Source: Dicyema japonicum
Taxonomy: Eukaryota; Animalia; Dicyemida
Length of the DNA: 64,000 bases
Direction: 5' to 3'
NCBI GenBank assembly: GCA_011109175.1
Contig: RDEW01000050.1
Coordinates: 150,694 to 214,693 of the forward strand
Shown: positions 26,460 through 39,853 of the stretch, piece after piece
How positions within the stretch are numbered: the first letter of the stretch is position 1
Layout: the number at the start of each line of letters is the position of its first letter
Notes under the pieces: generated by a model
What the model saw: the letters and a program-made list of their open reading frames with translations, nothing else
Told to the model about the DNA's origin: nothing
The model's database searches: none
Made by a program: the position numbers and the translations under genes

Positions 26460-27480
26460 GTCAACACTTTGGACCTCGCTTATGACGACATAATCTTAGC
26501 AACAAGAGACCAGTGTGTTTACACAGCGGGTACCCGTTTACAAGATTTAGTGGACAACCTGAGCTGTTGGCTTATGATGAACCTATTACGCACAAGTCCT
26601 GAAAAGTCTAACACAATGATTTTTACTTCAAACAGAAGACTGACAAACTCGGCAACTTTTTTACCCTTAATGGAATGTCAATCCCCTCCACTAACTCTAG
26701 CAAAATACGACTCCTTTATGACTTTCAGATAACATTCCAGCAACGTAATTTCCTCCTCCCAACGAAAACTAAATTTTGTAAAAAAACACTTCTTTGATTC
26801 TACAAAGACTATTTCTACTCAACATTAAGCCAAATTATACTCAATGCATTCAACCGATAATTGGCTACGACTGAGCGGCATGGGGCACAACCTCATCTTA
26901 TACGAACCTAAAGAAAATCAACGTCTTCCAAGAAACAGTCACAAGGGGATACTCCTCGTCAGTAATGCTAATTCTTTCTAGGAACTTGTGAGGAGAACGG
27001 GAGCCCAATTGAAATTTCCAAAATTCCCAAAAGTGTCTCATTTATACAGGAAGTGTGTCGGTTCTTGGGAGGAACATCGAGAAAGGATCAGACGACTGCT
27101 TAAGGAGGCCGGGACGACCACCAATTCCCTTTTATTTTGTCAGTGATTCTTGGTTTTAAATAAATATTGATGACCACGGCTCAGATCCCCATTTCTCGTG
27201 TCCTGGACGCGTTATGTGTCTTCCCGTCTCGGGATCAACCTTTTGGATCTCTGGAAACGTCCATCATTGGTGGTTACGTTTTGTTAGCCACCGGTTTCCT
27301 TCTAATGAAGGGACTATGTTCTGGATCTGGATTTTTAAAGAGAAACTGATCAGTCGGGAGGTTGGAGTGGTGACGTACCTCTATTGCGCATAATGTCATT
27401 ATCCCCTCTAAATTGATGTAACCTCTCGTTCCCCCTTTTATTGTGTGAATGGACTGGGAAACATGATATAAGCGTTGGGT
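26460..27480. mobile_element. Tail-to-tail pair of decayed LINE 3' fragments (+ at 26460-27160, - at 27165-27480)
   Basis: LAYDDIIL, KSNTMIF, LLKEAGTT C-terminus; convergent AT-rich tails. Confidence 0.6.
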
Positions 27481-28470
27481 ATACTCTGTGTTTGAATCTC
27501 GTCTGACTCAAACTTGGGAGATTGTATTGAAAGGGGAATTAATAATAATTTGTTGATTATCTAATGTTCTTACAATTCTTTATATTAGTATTTGTACCGT
27601 AATGTTATCAATGTCGTCATGTTATTATTATTGGATATAGTCCAGTTATCCTTGTAATTAATTGGTCGTAAAATTAAGTTGATGACATTGATTCACTTCA
27701 ATAAATGTCATTATGATGTGCGTAACATATTGTCCCCTCACTGTACGGTGAATAAAATGACTTATTCAGGACATATTTAATATTTAAAGTGTTTGATCTA
27801 CCAACGTTCATGGTTAGACTGAGCCATAGCTTAAGGAAGGTTGACAGTGATCAGAATCACATAAATGAAATTACCGAGTAAAAAAAGTCAGTTTAATTGT
27901 TGACTGGATTCTAATCAAAGTTGAGACTCGCATTAATTATATTATTTAGGTTTAACGTTATCATTCAAACTTTCACAAAAATATACTGGAAAATCAATGA
28001 AGGCTCTGGACTAAGAATGGATGATCTTTGACTAAGAGAGCTTACTTATGAACAGTAAAGGAGAATGACTTTGCAGTTAGTTTTTCGGGTAGCACATGTG
28101 TTGTCATGACCATGGGGTAGCGAAAGTGCCTTAACAATAGTAATGGACTCAACTTTTCTCGTATAAAGAAGACATCTTCTCAAAGGAGTTTTCTACCACT
28201 GAGAATAATACAGTAAATGCTAATTTCCTTTACGTTAAGTCAAGTGAGTTATTATTGAGAATATTAATGGAGCAGGTGAGTTCAATTTAATAATCATGGG
28301 AATTTCAAATTGCTCTCAAAGGAGAGATATTTAGTCAATAAACCACAATCAGGCTCATTTATGAACAATACCACAATGTTAGTGCAACGATTTTGTTACC
28401 ACAACGCAAATAGTTAGAATTTGTTAGAAAACTAATATAAGAACAAATACTCTACTAACACAAGGAATTA

Positions 28471-29580
28471 TTAACAGTAATTCCCGTTTGCTGTCCCATA
28501 TTCGTCCATGGATCCGGTCATGTAAGGATCAACATAGTACAAATTGTTCATATCAGTAAGGAACTGAGGATATCCATTTTGAGAAATGTAACCAAACACT
28601 CCCATTATTGGTTGTTGGGATGACTGACTGCTCGAAGATATACTTGATTTAGAAGTGACGCTGGAAGGATGAGTTCCAAAGTACATTGGGGGACCCAAAG
28701 ATGGGACAGAAGATCTCAGAGGAGAAAAGATAACTGGTTGTGATGGGTGGTCGTAGGAATAAGAGCGAGCTAATTATTAAAATTAAATAAACTAACAAAA
28801 CTTATTGCTGTCACTTCTGTATGTTCCATTGAGGATGGCGAGCTCCATCAATTGCATCTTTTTGAGTTCGTCCTCTCCATCCGGCTAAATATCGACAAGT
28901 AATACAGAAGGATGCAGTAGTTTGTTAATCTCGGATATGGCTCTGCTAATTTTGACAGCCACTCTATTTTCAGTGTCTTCAGCATTTATGAGGACATGGA
29001 GATCCTCGTTCAAATGTTCCCAATTAGGTTTCCCCCGATTCTGGTCTTCCTTAAGTAAATATAAAAAAGTTTAAAAAGCTATTGTGGTCACTGGTCAGTT
29101 TAATAATCGATTATAACAAACTTTTGTCTTATCTCGCATGGATCCTCGTCCTCGTATCATTATTTTGCAACCCGTGTCATGCTCTAACTGTTTGGCAGTC
29201 ATTCCTCGGGGACCGAGAATTCTTCCAACAAAGTTGAACTACTTTTTATTACAAATAATACGTCAGGGAATTCTTTTACTGGAACAAACAATTTTTCTGA
29301 CCTTGTGACGATTGGGCCCTCGGGTTCTGGTAGATCTATTTCTTCTTGACTATCCCCCTTAGAATTGAAGAGACCGAGTCTGACTTTGTTGATTTCTGAT
29401 TTAATTTTTATTTAAGAAACCTTCTTTGAGAATTCTATTAACGTGGTTAAATGTATTTGGAAGACAATTCAGAGTACGTCGATCTCTCAATAACTGAGAT
29501 AAATATTCGCTCGAATTTCTGTCCAATTGGTATTGAATTGGTCCCATCGATTCTTTCTTGGAAGAGGAGCTCTCGCTCAT
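28471..29580 (-). CDS. QKI: Quaking/How/GLD-1 family STAR (QUA1-KH-QUA2) RNA-binding protein, 5 introns
   Basis: [25 protein letters not shown]; [37 protein letters not shown]; [18 protein letters not shown]; [20 protein letters not shown]; Tyr-rich tail. Confidence 0.95.
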
Positions 29581-30189
29581 AGAATATCCACCTCAGCACT
29601 ACCGTGGTTTTGGAACCGCTGAATTTATTTATATAAAAGCTAAAATCGATAACAATCAACTTAGCAACGATCTGAGGGCGCTTTTGATTTGGAAGAATGT
29701 CAGATTCAATATGTCAGTCACAGATTAAAATATGGGTTGTGACCTCCATTTTATGACAGACACGTTTAGCTGCAACATAACATAAAAATCGACTAAAGTA
29801 CATCAATTAGCTGTAAATGATTTGCACTGCTGAAATGATTTGATTGATCAATACACACATAATCAATTATAGATTATGTGTATCTGACAAACTGCTCCAT
29901 TATAAGGTCAATTGAGGATAACTTTGACCTCACTCTTTCATACAATTCTACTAGTTTCGACTTTATCCGTAACTCCTTTTCAAATGAATTTTCTAAAATG
30001 GAAAAGGATTCATTTCTGCTCTTTGGAGCTAAGAACTCGGAGATTGACTTGTGAATGAAATGGTTTATCCAATTCATAATTCTTAGAGTCACAATTTATG
30101 ATTTATTGCAATTGACTTTTCAGGGTGTATAGTCTTATCTTTTCTAAATAACATAAACATAGATAAGCCCTGGACGAACAGCAATTTGG

Positions 30190-30730
30190 AGGCGCAGAGG
30201 AACTCGACGTTTCAACCGCGAGCGTAACAAACTAAAAATCCGTATTTTGCTCGTTTTAATCTCTCGGCCTTCTTAGCGGCAGAGCAGGTTCCAGAGAAAC
30301 TTTGATGTAGGTTGCAATGGGCGAATGTGTCGGTACAGGTGACGTCCCAGACAAAAGTTTTCTGGGCTTCACATAGGAAGATGGTCATCTTTCCGGTACG
30401 TTTGAAAAAGCCGACTGGTTCGATCATAAAAGGGTGTTCGGCAGAGTAAAAGCTCGTCTAACGACTTTGTTCAAGGGCATGTGTCTGGGAGATCTGCCTG
30501 CACTCTTCCTGCAACAGAATGTATGCAGGCAAAACAGTTAATCTGTGTGCCGCATCGACATGGATGCGACCGAGTCGTAATGAGATCCCAATCTGAACGC
30601 ATTCATAATCCAGGAAGGTAGCCAAAACTTCATTAATGGCAACACAAATAAGCACGGCGGTGTTAGTTAGATGACACCAGAGATCTTCAAATAACTTTCG
30701 GGATACGACATTGTCTAGACCTCGTAGAGA
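30190..30730 (-). mobile_element. CRE-like fragment
   Basis: IEPVG, KTFVWDVTCTDTFA, AAKKAERLKRAKY. Confidence 0.75.
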
Positions 30731-30925
30731 GTTTGAGAAAACTTTTGCGTATACATTTTGATTTCTTAATCAGAAGCTATGGTAAGAATCAGCTCTGTTA
30801 TAAAATAATAATTTTTGTTCTCATATTCTGAGGCAAATACGTGAAATTAAAATTCCAAGAAAAATCAAAAAAATATATTTAATGAGAACTCACGAATATT
30901 ATAACTTGTTAGCTAACATATTAGA

Positions 30926-31943
30926 ATGCTTAAAAAAATGGTTAATAATATGATAAAGAAAAAAAATTTGATTTGTAAAGGTTGTCTATTGCTACTTAAT
31001 GGCAAGAAAACGAATGTGATTATGTCTGCAACAACCAGAAGATTCAAAATACTAAAAATGTTGACTACTTATTCGGATTTCACTCGACCTGGTCATTGTT
31101 GGTGCAAAAGTTCACTATAAACTCTACGTTCGATTATTAATGATTATATTTAGGGCATGATCAACTACTTATTGATTCACGGACCCTATGAAAAAAACAT
31201 ATTCAGAAGCAGTTCGAGTAATATCGAGAATGAGAAATTGGTTCAGCTTATAAAATGTTCGTCAATCATTCCCTTCAATGACTTTAGCATCCATTCAATA
31301 GGGACCGTCTATAAAGTGACTAGGAAATGTCAATTTGGTAGAGATATCTCCGATCTTTGCCTGAATGTCTCATCAACGATCAATTATGGAAAAAATGGTT
31401 GCAATGTTTAAAAGTTACTGACTATGATAAGAAGATTGAGATTATCAGAAAGTATAGACATTCTAATGTTCAGAGTGTTTCTGAAACTTTCTCAATCCAC
31501 CATTACTCTGCTTAAACTGACTCTGTGTTTGCTAAGGAGAATAGCTAATAACTCCGAGTATAACAACATGAACGAATACTCCCTAGCTATTTGCATCGGG
31601 GAAGTATGATTAATCCCGAAAGTACAACCGATGTAGTCCAAATCGCCAAAAATGTATTTTCTTTATTTTAACAAAGATTCCAGATTTTCTCCATTTTATT
31701 ATTACTCACGCGTCTGAGCTTTTTGGATCCAACATCGACGACTTCTTCTCGTGTGTTGAAGTAGAGGGAGATAACAACAGTACGTTGAATGCTTCAAATT
31801 TAGTCACAATAACCAGACGATTATCTTTCAAAGAAGAAGATAACTACAAGGACACACAAATGATCCAGCAAATATTAAACAGAACGAAAAAATCATTGAA
31901 AATTAATGATAAAGACATCGACAAATCAGTATTACGATTATAG
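30926..31943 (+). CDS. RhoGAP-domain protein (TAGAP/ARHGAP20-like); 5' boundary uncertain
   Basis: GPYEKNIFRSSS (arginine finger present), SIHSIGTVYK, LLRRIANNSEYNNMNEYSLAICIG, FLHFIITHASELFG; micro-introns. Confidence 0.7.
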
Positions 31944-34189
31944 TCACATAGTATAATCTCTGCGTTATAAAACCACAACATTTAACCCGTAGAAACAGTT
32001 AATTATTACATTTTCCATAACACTAATTCCTCACCAAATTAGATCACTAAGGGATCTTAAATTGGAAATTCTGAAACAACAAAATCTTTTCACCAATCAT
32101 AGATTGACACTTAGAAAAGCCTGAAGTAGCTACCAGAATCACTCAAGTTGGCTATAATCCAGATTTTCGATGATTGGGCGGATCTGGAAATAAATTAAAA
32201 TGTGTGTCTATCAGGTAAAATAAACAAAAGGCCTACTTTCGTTATTTTTAGTTAATATAGCAGTTTTAATACTTTTGTTATAAAATAGATGGAACCACGT
32301 GCAGAAATTGCTTGGCTGAGGTGGTAAAGTCCCTCAATTGCACGTATGTCTAAGACACCCTGGAGAATTCACATCAAAAACCAAGACCTATAACACTTTG
32401 TAAATCGAAGCAGTTGGATAAAATTATTACCAACACCCTATTGGACACATATTGAATCATGCCGTTCCTGCATACGATATTATGGAATCATGCTTCCTCT
32501 GCTCAGAGGCTTTTAGAATGAAGTCACGAACAACTTTGCCCTCAATAATAAAAATCGATCTAAAACATGTTAAATGGCATTAGAAGATCTAGACAGTCTC
32601 CGAAGATCGCAATCTCAAGATGAGCGTGGAGGAGTCTAACAAACCGGATCATCCGGGGGTAGCAAAAGTGACAGGAAGGATATAACTTTCTTATTGGGAA
32701 TGTGCATAATTAAAATGCAGAAATATGCACTTTTAATCAAAATTGATTTAAATCTGGGTCTATTCATATAAGTTAATATTGGTACTCCATGGGAATCCTT
32801 TGTTTTGGCCAGTTAGTAAGTAACTGACTACAGACTCGCAGAATATCAAAACCTAGAAATATCGACTTTTATGAGCACAGGCCACACTTTCACAGGACCA
32901 AGGGTCATGGTCCCGCAGTCAACAAGACACAAATTTATTGGGAAGACCTTTAACTAAGGGTTGTGAGGAGATTATTCCCAGGGAGATACTGAAATTCCAG
33001 CAACTTCCTTCTTGTTAACTTTCCAGACTTAACACGCCTTTTGGATCCTGTGAGCCATATTACTAACTCAGCCTTTCCGACCAGTTGGTAAGTGAAAGTC
33101 CAGGGACCGAGACATCGATATTTATCTGTGTCATCTAAATATAAGGAATCCGAGAATTATCACATTAGTTTTGTGTGAGTTTGTCCCTATTGATGTTTGT
33201 TGTGTCGACGGTTGGGTTGCTATTGGTGGTCTGTATTCGATATTTCTAAGAGAATGTGCCGGAGAGATCTTTGAATTTTTTATGTAAAACCCGATGGCCA
33301 TTCTAGGAAGAGATCTTAACTCCAAGAGCATGTCTTTTGATTGTAGGAAGAAAAGCAGGGATGGCAAGCTCCTGAAGGAGATATCTGAAGACCTTGGGTC
33401 ATGTTTTTGTATTTATGAAAACGAAGAAAAGCATGGAAGAAAGTATACCTGACTATTGCGAGGGTCTAAATCACCTACTACTCTTCTATGACTATCTCCC
33501 GGTTACTGAATCAAGCAACGTATCTCTAAATTGCCTTTAATAGTCAATATTGCAATAAAACAACAATAAGTATTCCAACAATGTCAGTCGATAGTCATAA
33601 AAAGAGAATTTAAATATTATCATATGAAGGAATAAATAGGCCTTATCCTCCAGTCTGTTCTTTAATTATACTCTCCTGTCGAAGAGTAGTAATGCTTCTA
33701 TCACTAAACCCTCAAGACACTGACTTTATTTAAGAAGGAACGGTCAGTTATGCTCATTAATAGAGGAAGAGGTCAAGACACCGAGAGTGTTCTTAACTTC
33801 TATTTTATTTTTAGTCTCGTATGAGTACCTGAAGACAATAAAGTTCCGAAATTAAATATAACTGATGACGATGTCAGTTGTCAATCCAAAAAGCATTGTA
33901 AATGTGCGTAACCTCCAGTCAGAATGGGCAGCAGGGAGAATGGACCTGGAACCATCTGAACAATCTGGAATTTGTCCGGCACTTTTGACATTGCGCTATT
34001 TGTGACACTGCCCTTCAAATGAGATTATTATTTAAGCCAAAGAAACACAGATCAATTGGAAATAAAAATTTCATAATTTTTGGTGGAAATATTTTTTATT
34101 AAAAATGATAAATTAAACAATGAATTTAAATTTAATAAATAAAATTTACTTACATAAAAATCCTAATATTATTTAAGTGGGCTATAAAA

Positions 34190-34359
34190 CAGTAGTTCTC
34201 AACGCGGCCCCCGGAATTTTTTTGCGGCCCCGACAAATTTATTATCAGATTTTAACTTTTGCTTTTTTTCATATTAATTAAGTTTAAAAAATTGGCGGCC
34301 CCTACAAATAAAATTATTTATTGATTTGGCCCCTGGGTCAAAATTATTGAGAACAACTG
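34190..34359. mobile_element. 170-bp hAT (Charlie-type) MITE
   Basis: TIR cagtagttctcaa / ttgagaacaactg (12/13 match); 8-bp TSD ctataaaa / ctctaaaa. Confidence 0.85.
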
Positions 34360-35045
34360 CTCTAAAAGATTGCAAAATGAACAAAATATAGAGTGGAAAT
34401 GGTCAAAATCGGGAGAATATTATTTACTAACCAATTCCGCTGTGATTTAATAAATCAAAAAAATTAACTTTTTCTGTCAAAAATATTATCAAAATAGTTA
34501 ATAATTATCACCAAAACAATAAATTAATTATTAAAACAGTAAAAAATAAAATCAAACGAAAAATAGGCTAAAATTGCATGAAAATACAAATTTAAGACAA
34601 GCAAATATACGAATGAATTAATTAATAATTTTAAAATTTTATATTTTTAAATAATTTAATAAAGGTTCAAAATTGGTCGTTACAGTTGTCTGTGGTGCAA
34701 AAGTGATGGGCATTGCGAAACAGATACAACATTCTATTCTGAAGGTAACTTTTTATGCTACGGAGATTAGACTTCCTTAGGGACTTGATGGACTACTGAA
34801 AATATTATTTTATATAATGTTAGTATATATTTATTTTTAAAATGGACTGTTATTTATTTTAAAATATAATATTTTTTATATTTCTTCTATTTTTTATTTA
34901 TTTTTACTATCCAGACTGTCAAACCTAACAATAATAGTATTTATATTTTCTCTTCATTTGCATTGTTTGTTGTTCGTTGTGGTTACTTTTTGTCATTTTT
35001 TCCTAATTTATTTCTTTTGTATTATCAATTATTTTAGTTTTTTGA

Positions 35046-35475
35046 ATGGCCCGTACAAAACATACAGCACGCAAGTCATCAGGAGCTAAAGTACCAAGGA
35101 AACAGCTGTCAGTTAAAACTGCTCGCAAGAGTGCTACTTCCTCAGCTGGTTTAAAGCGAATTCGTCGTTATCGACCTGGGGCACTGGCTATGAAGGAGAT
35201 TCGTCGGTACCAAAAGAGCACAGATTTGCTGATCCGTAAGCTGCCGTTCCAGCGATTGGTGAGGGAAACGGCCCAGCACTACAAGACTGACCTTCGTTTT
35301 CAGAGCACGGCGATTGGGGCTCTTCAGGTTGATTATATTCTCATTGCAGGAAGCCTGTGAGGCATTTTTGGTTAGTTTGTTCGAGGACACTAACATGTGC
35401 GCTATTCACGCAAAGAGAGTAACCATTATGGTTTCCGACATCCAGCTGGCTCGTAGAATACGCGAGAAGCCTTAA
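35046..35475 (+). CDS. H3.3-like: Divergent H3.3-type histone H3 variant; one 22-nt intron (35328-35349)
   Basis: Full histone fold; intron between GALQ and EA, the position I recall for animal H3.3 genes; residues 87-90 are TAIG. Confidence 0.95.
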
Positions 35476-38400
35476 TTAGTTATCGATTGTTTTGTTTCAT
35501 TAATTTGGATGTCTTTTGTTATTAATAATAATTTCTTGGTTGATTATTCTCTTACTGGAGGTGTTGCTAGTGGGTTGGTGGTTTTGGAGAGTTTGGTTGT
35601 GGTAATCACTATTAGATTATAAAATCAATTCCGAGGATAATCGTGTCATTGATTTATTAATCTTACTGTCATAATTGGAATAATTGCTGTGTTGCTATGT
35701 TTGTTTCCCATGTGACTGGTTACCTGTTTGATGCTTCTAATGGGGAAACTATGGATTAAATTTAATTTGTGATTCATAACAGTCTATTGATTTAACAATT
35801 TTAGATGTGAACTGATTTAATCATAATATTGACCCACATAATTTCCATTATATGCAGTTTATGTAGGGATGGGTTGACTTAGGATTATTGTTATGTCCAA
35901 TTTATGATTTATTTAACCAATAAGTTCAAGTAGACTTGATTATTAATTGATGCAAAGTTGTGGTATTTATTGCAAGATAACATATTCAAAAAAATAAAGA
36001 ATCGTTATTACCTTATAAATTATTTATTAATAACAAAAACAATTCAAGATTAGTTAATTCAATTATGGACCAGGCTGTTTCCTCTGACATACCCATTGAG
36101 ATATGCTCTTGAAGATATCCACTCTCACGTAGATCCTTGGTGACCATTTTGAACACTGAGCCTATCTGACAGATAGTCCGCTTGTGGGCCTACATGAATA
36201 ATTCAAATCGTTGTTCAACTGGAGTAAACCAGCAGAATTTATTTTAAGCCCTGAACAACCTATTTTGCCGATATTTTACAAATTAGGTGTAGTGGAGGTC
36301 AAACCAAAGGAATAAATAGACGGGATTCTATGATCAGTAAAATCTTGATTAAATTGATTAATAAAATGAATAAAAAGGTCAAAGGCTGGGATAATGAGCG
36401 AAATGAGTAAATTTATATCTTATATGAAAGTGACAGGAAATCACGGCAAATAATCTATGGATTACTGATACCTATATAACCTCCAAATACGACATTAGTA
36501 CGCTAATTAATAATATAAATTAAGTAGACCACTCAAAGAACCCACCCGTGGACGCACCAGACTCCTATTTGGAATGTAAACCTCCAAAAAGAAACGTTAA
36601 CATGTTCACAAGATCTAAATTATTGGGGACCTTAACATACTGTAAATAGTGAAGGAGAAATGTTAAACGTTTGCCAACTAAGTTCGTCAAAATGCTATGT
36701 AACGATTACACGTGGGAAAATAACTAGTCAGTAAGGGATTATCAATGACATAATTATCATAAGACATTACTTCTAATAAACGTCAGTAGATGATCCCTGC
36801 TAATTTTGGGTCGAATCAGGAACGTTATGCCTCCAAGGTTTTTTTGATTCCGAATTTTGACATGTCATTTTAGTCAATCGTTCCTTTCATAGCCATTTAA
36901 TAGGACAAGGGACCAAACTCATGATAAAACAGTCATCTAGTAGAATGACAGTCTGGCTAAATGGTTAAATATTTGTCATTTCATGTAATATACTATTAAA
37001 CCTATCAAATTAGTATAATTATATCTTCTTATTCTACAATCTCCTTCGATTGGAGACACTACACACCTCTTTCACTACACAATCCTCCTCACCGTTAAAT
37101 TCCATTTGGTCCATGAGCGAGTCCATATTTTCCTCTTCAAAAGACTTTCGTTGGCAGTAATGAATAACTTCATGCTCTATTAACATACTTTCAAGAGTCC
37201 TCTTGAGCGTGACAGATTGAATATATACTCTTGACACACAAAATCCTTGTCTTATATAATTTACTCACGATTCCCTCCAAACTCAACACAATGTGAATAA
37301 CCATAACTTATATATTTGAGACAACTCTCAACTACCTTCAACATCTGTGATTACAGCCTCTATGAGAGTGATCTCCTTTTATCCAAAACAAAAATGTCTT
37401 CTTATTACTTTGTACCTTAACATCAGTCAATAGTGTCAACTCTAATCTCCACATTACTAGTTGTTACTATTGACTGGATAGACTTAGTCCACAGTTGTTT
37501 GAATGTTTAATTCCATCGACACAAATTTTAATAAGGCATATACCTCATGTGACGTCCTACATAATCACCAATCAGCATCTTGTTGGTCGACTTTTTTGCA
37601 GATTTTAACGGGTGCAATTCCATCCCTTATCCTCAGATTTCGACCTTGTAGAAGACAATGCATCATCTTAGCCCTCGGACTTATTTCCTTTTAAAAGTCA
37701 TCACAAAGATGACGCAATCTCAACAGTTGAATCTTTTAGGTATTTGAATAATAATGATTTGTTAATATTTCCAATAACCAATCAGTTTGAACTCATTTCG
37801 ATATTATAGAATGTCGAATTTAGTATGCCTTGAAAGAAAACATGGCCAATTCGGGAGTTTATCATATTTTTCTCGATTTTAGACTTTTGCAAGGGTTAAA
37901 CATTTTGGAAATATGCACAGCTTGAAATACAAAACCACTTTAATTACAGTGAAACTGGGTGAATATGACACGTGATCCTCTTAGAAAATCTATATCGACA
38001 TATCTATAGACGTGGGATAAATGGATTCGGAGCTCAATCGGGCGTGTTAAGAGAAAGCTTTACTACGATAATATGGTTTTACTACTTTTGCGTATGAGAT
38101 TCAGAAGGTGGATTTCCATTTGGATCGAGCCGTTTGATCGAGAAACCAAGCCTTTTAGAGACGAAACCAAATTATCTAAAGAAATGCGTTAATTATGAAC
38201 AAATCAATAATTGTTTAAATAGTTCTATCAGTTTATTTGAGTTTTTAACTCAAAGTGAATAAACTTTTTACGCACTTAAGTCCATTTAGTTTTTTCAATA
38301 TATAAATTCATAAAGTCAGCGGGTGACGTGGTTCCATTGCCCTAAATACCTATATACGGATGTAGCCATTCATCACCATTGGTAGAAATAACTGACATGG

Positions 38401-38667
38401 GAGACGTTGATCCGACGAAACTACCCGTTCGATAGCAGAGGACTCACCATCCTTATCAGAAAAAGAATCACCTACAATGAAAACACAAAATTTAGCAACA
38501 TGCTCCAGCCCACTTAATAGATAGAAATTGGAGTATTCACAATTATAGAAATATACAATCACTCTATAGACTTCACGTGAGATCCGAGCACAAAACACAG
38601 AGCCTGGTTCATGGAACAATTGGCAGATACGAGAGGAAAACTTTTACTATAAAATCTAGATGACCCA

Positions 38668-38751
38668 TTAATTATAAACGATCCATTGATAAACACAATT
38701 ACTACAGAACCAAGGATAGTTAATTATAAACGATCCATTGATAAACACAAT
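38668..38751. repeat. Perfect 32-bp direct repeat with a 20-bp spacer
   Basis: ttaattataaacgatccattgataaacacaat at 38668-38699 and 38720-38751. Confidence 0.9.
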
Positions 38752-39678
38752 CCTCAGGTAATATCACCCATCTCACTGGTTGGTTTAGGAAAAAACAAAC
38801 TCAAATCTTCATAAACAATTCAAGAGACTAGAGAACCCGAGTTATAGCAAAGGAAGTCAGTAAATAAAGGAAAGATGATTGGCAGAGGCTTTGCCATCTT
38901 TTGGCAAACAAAGCACTACCTCACTGATGTAGAAGACGTTATACCGATCCAGATAAACTGTTGACTAGTGACAAACTAGAAGACTGAAATAAACTCCAAA
39001 AGATTACTAAACCAGCAATAGTTAATACCGGACAAAAAACCTTTGGGTCCCCCACTCTATCTCCCTAAACTCAGACAGGACGCAACAAAAGTCACTTTTA
39101 GGTAAGAATAGTCTATTGTGATTTAAGAAGTATCAAGTAAAATTATTCTTCCTGTCTAGACGGAATATCCAATACTCTACAGCAAGATTTGGGTCTTTAC
39201 GGGATATAACTCAAAATTTTAACCGTCTAGAACAGTGGCAGAAGTACGACCAATCTAAAGCCTCAAGAATCTCACTTCATTGAACAGATTAATGCCATTT
39301 TTATGTACTGCTGAGAAAATCTTGGAGAATAAGTCATGGAGCTCATTCTGTAATCTTACACCACGGATTTGTGTTCAACATATTCTTGAGCATTTTCCCA
39401 CCTAATCTAGAGAAGACACTTTAATTTTGACCTAAGCTGGCGACATAATTTAAAAAGACCTGCTCGACCACCTGAAGATTAATCGTTTAATTACATGCGA
39501 TGAAAAGTCATGCAATACGCTATTCAAGTCAAACATGGGATTGACGAATTCTGAACTCTCCCTAATTTAAACAATGTAAAATATTGGGAGTCACTTAAAT
39601 CTATCAAAAACACGTTAAAACATGATATCCTCTGCTCTCTGAATATTATAGAAATTCTTTACTTTAGATCACCTAAAC

Positions 39679-39853
39679 CAGGGGTCTTCAACCGATGGAC
39701 CACGGGACTTGTGCTGGTCCGTAAACCAATTGGTACGGGCTGTTTTTGGTACGATGGTACATGTAAGTTTCAGTTAAACAATCTATTCCCAGCCCGGCAT
39801 AAAATTGTCTAACGCTTACCGATCAGCGGCAACAAAAAGATTGGGGACCACTA
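39679..39853. mobile_element. 175-bp hAT (Charlie/MER1-like) MITE
   Basis: Perfect 8-bp TSD acctaaac at 39671-39678 and 39854-39861; ends caggggtcttcaa / ttggggaccacta. Confidence 0.85.

Noticed and set aside
27580-28470. ACUAAY Quaking response elements downstream of QKI (autoregulation)
   Set aside because: A few hexamer hits are expected by chance in such AT-rich DNA and the 3' UTR end is unknown
35046-35475. Possible centromeric CENP-A
   Set aside because: N-tail length and lysines are canonical, loop 1 is not extended, and the Q68 and F84 equivalents are retained
38668-38751. 32-bp repeat / 20-bp spacer / 32-bp repeat resembling a CRISPR unit
   Set aside because: Only two repeats, not palindromic, eukaryotic context, no cas genes; a local duplication
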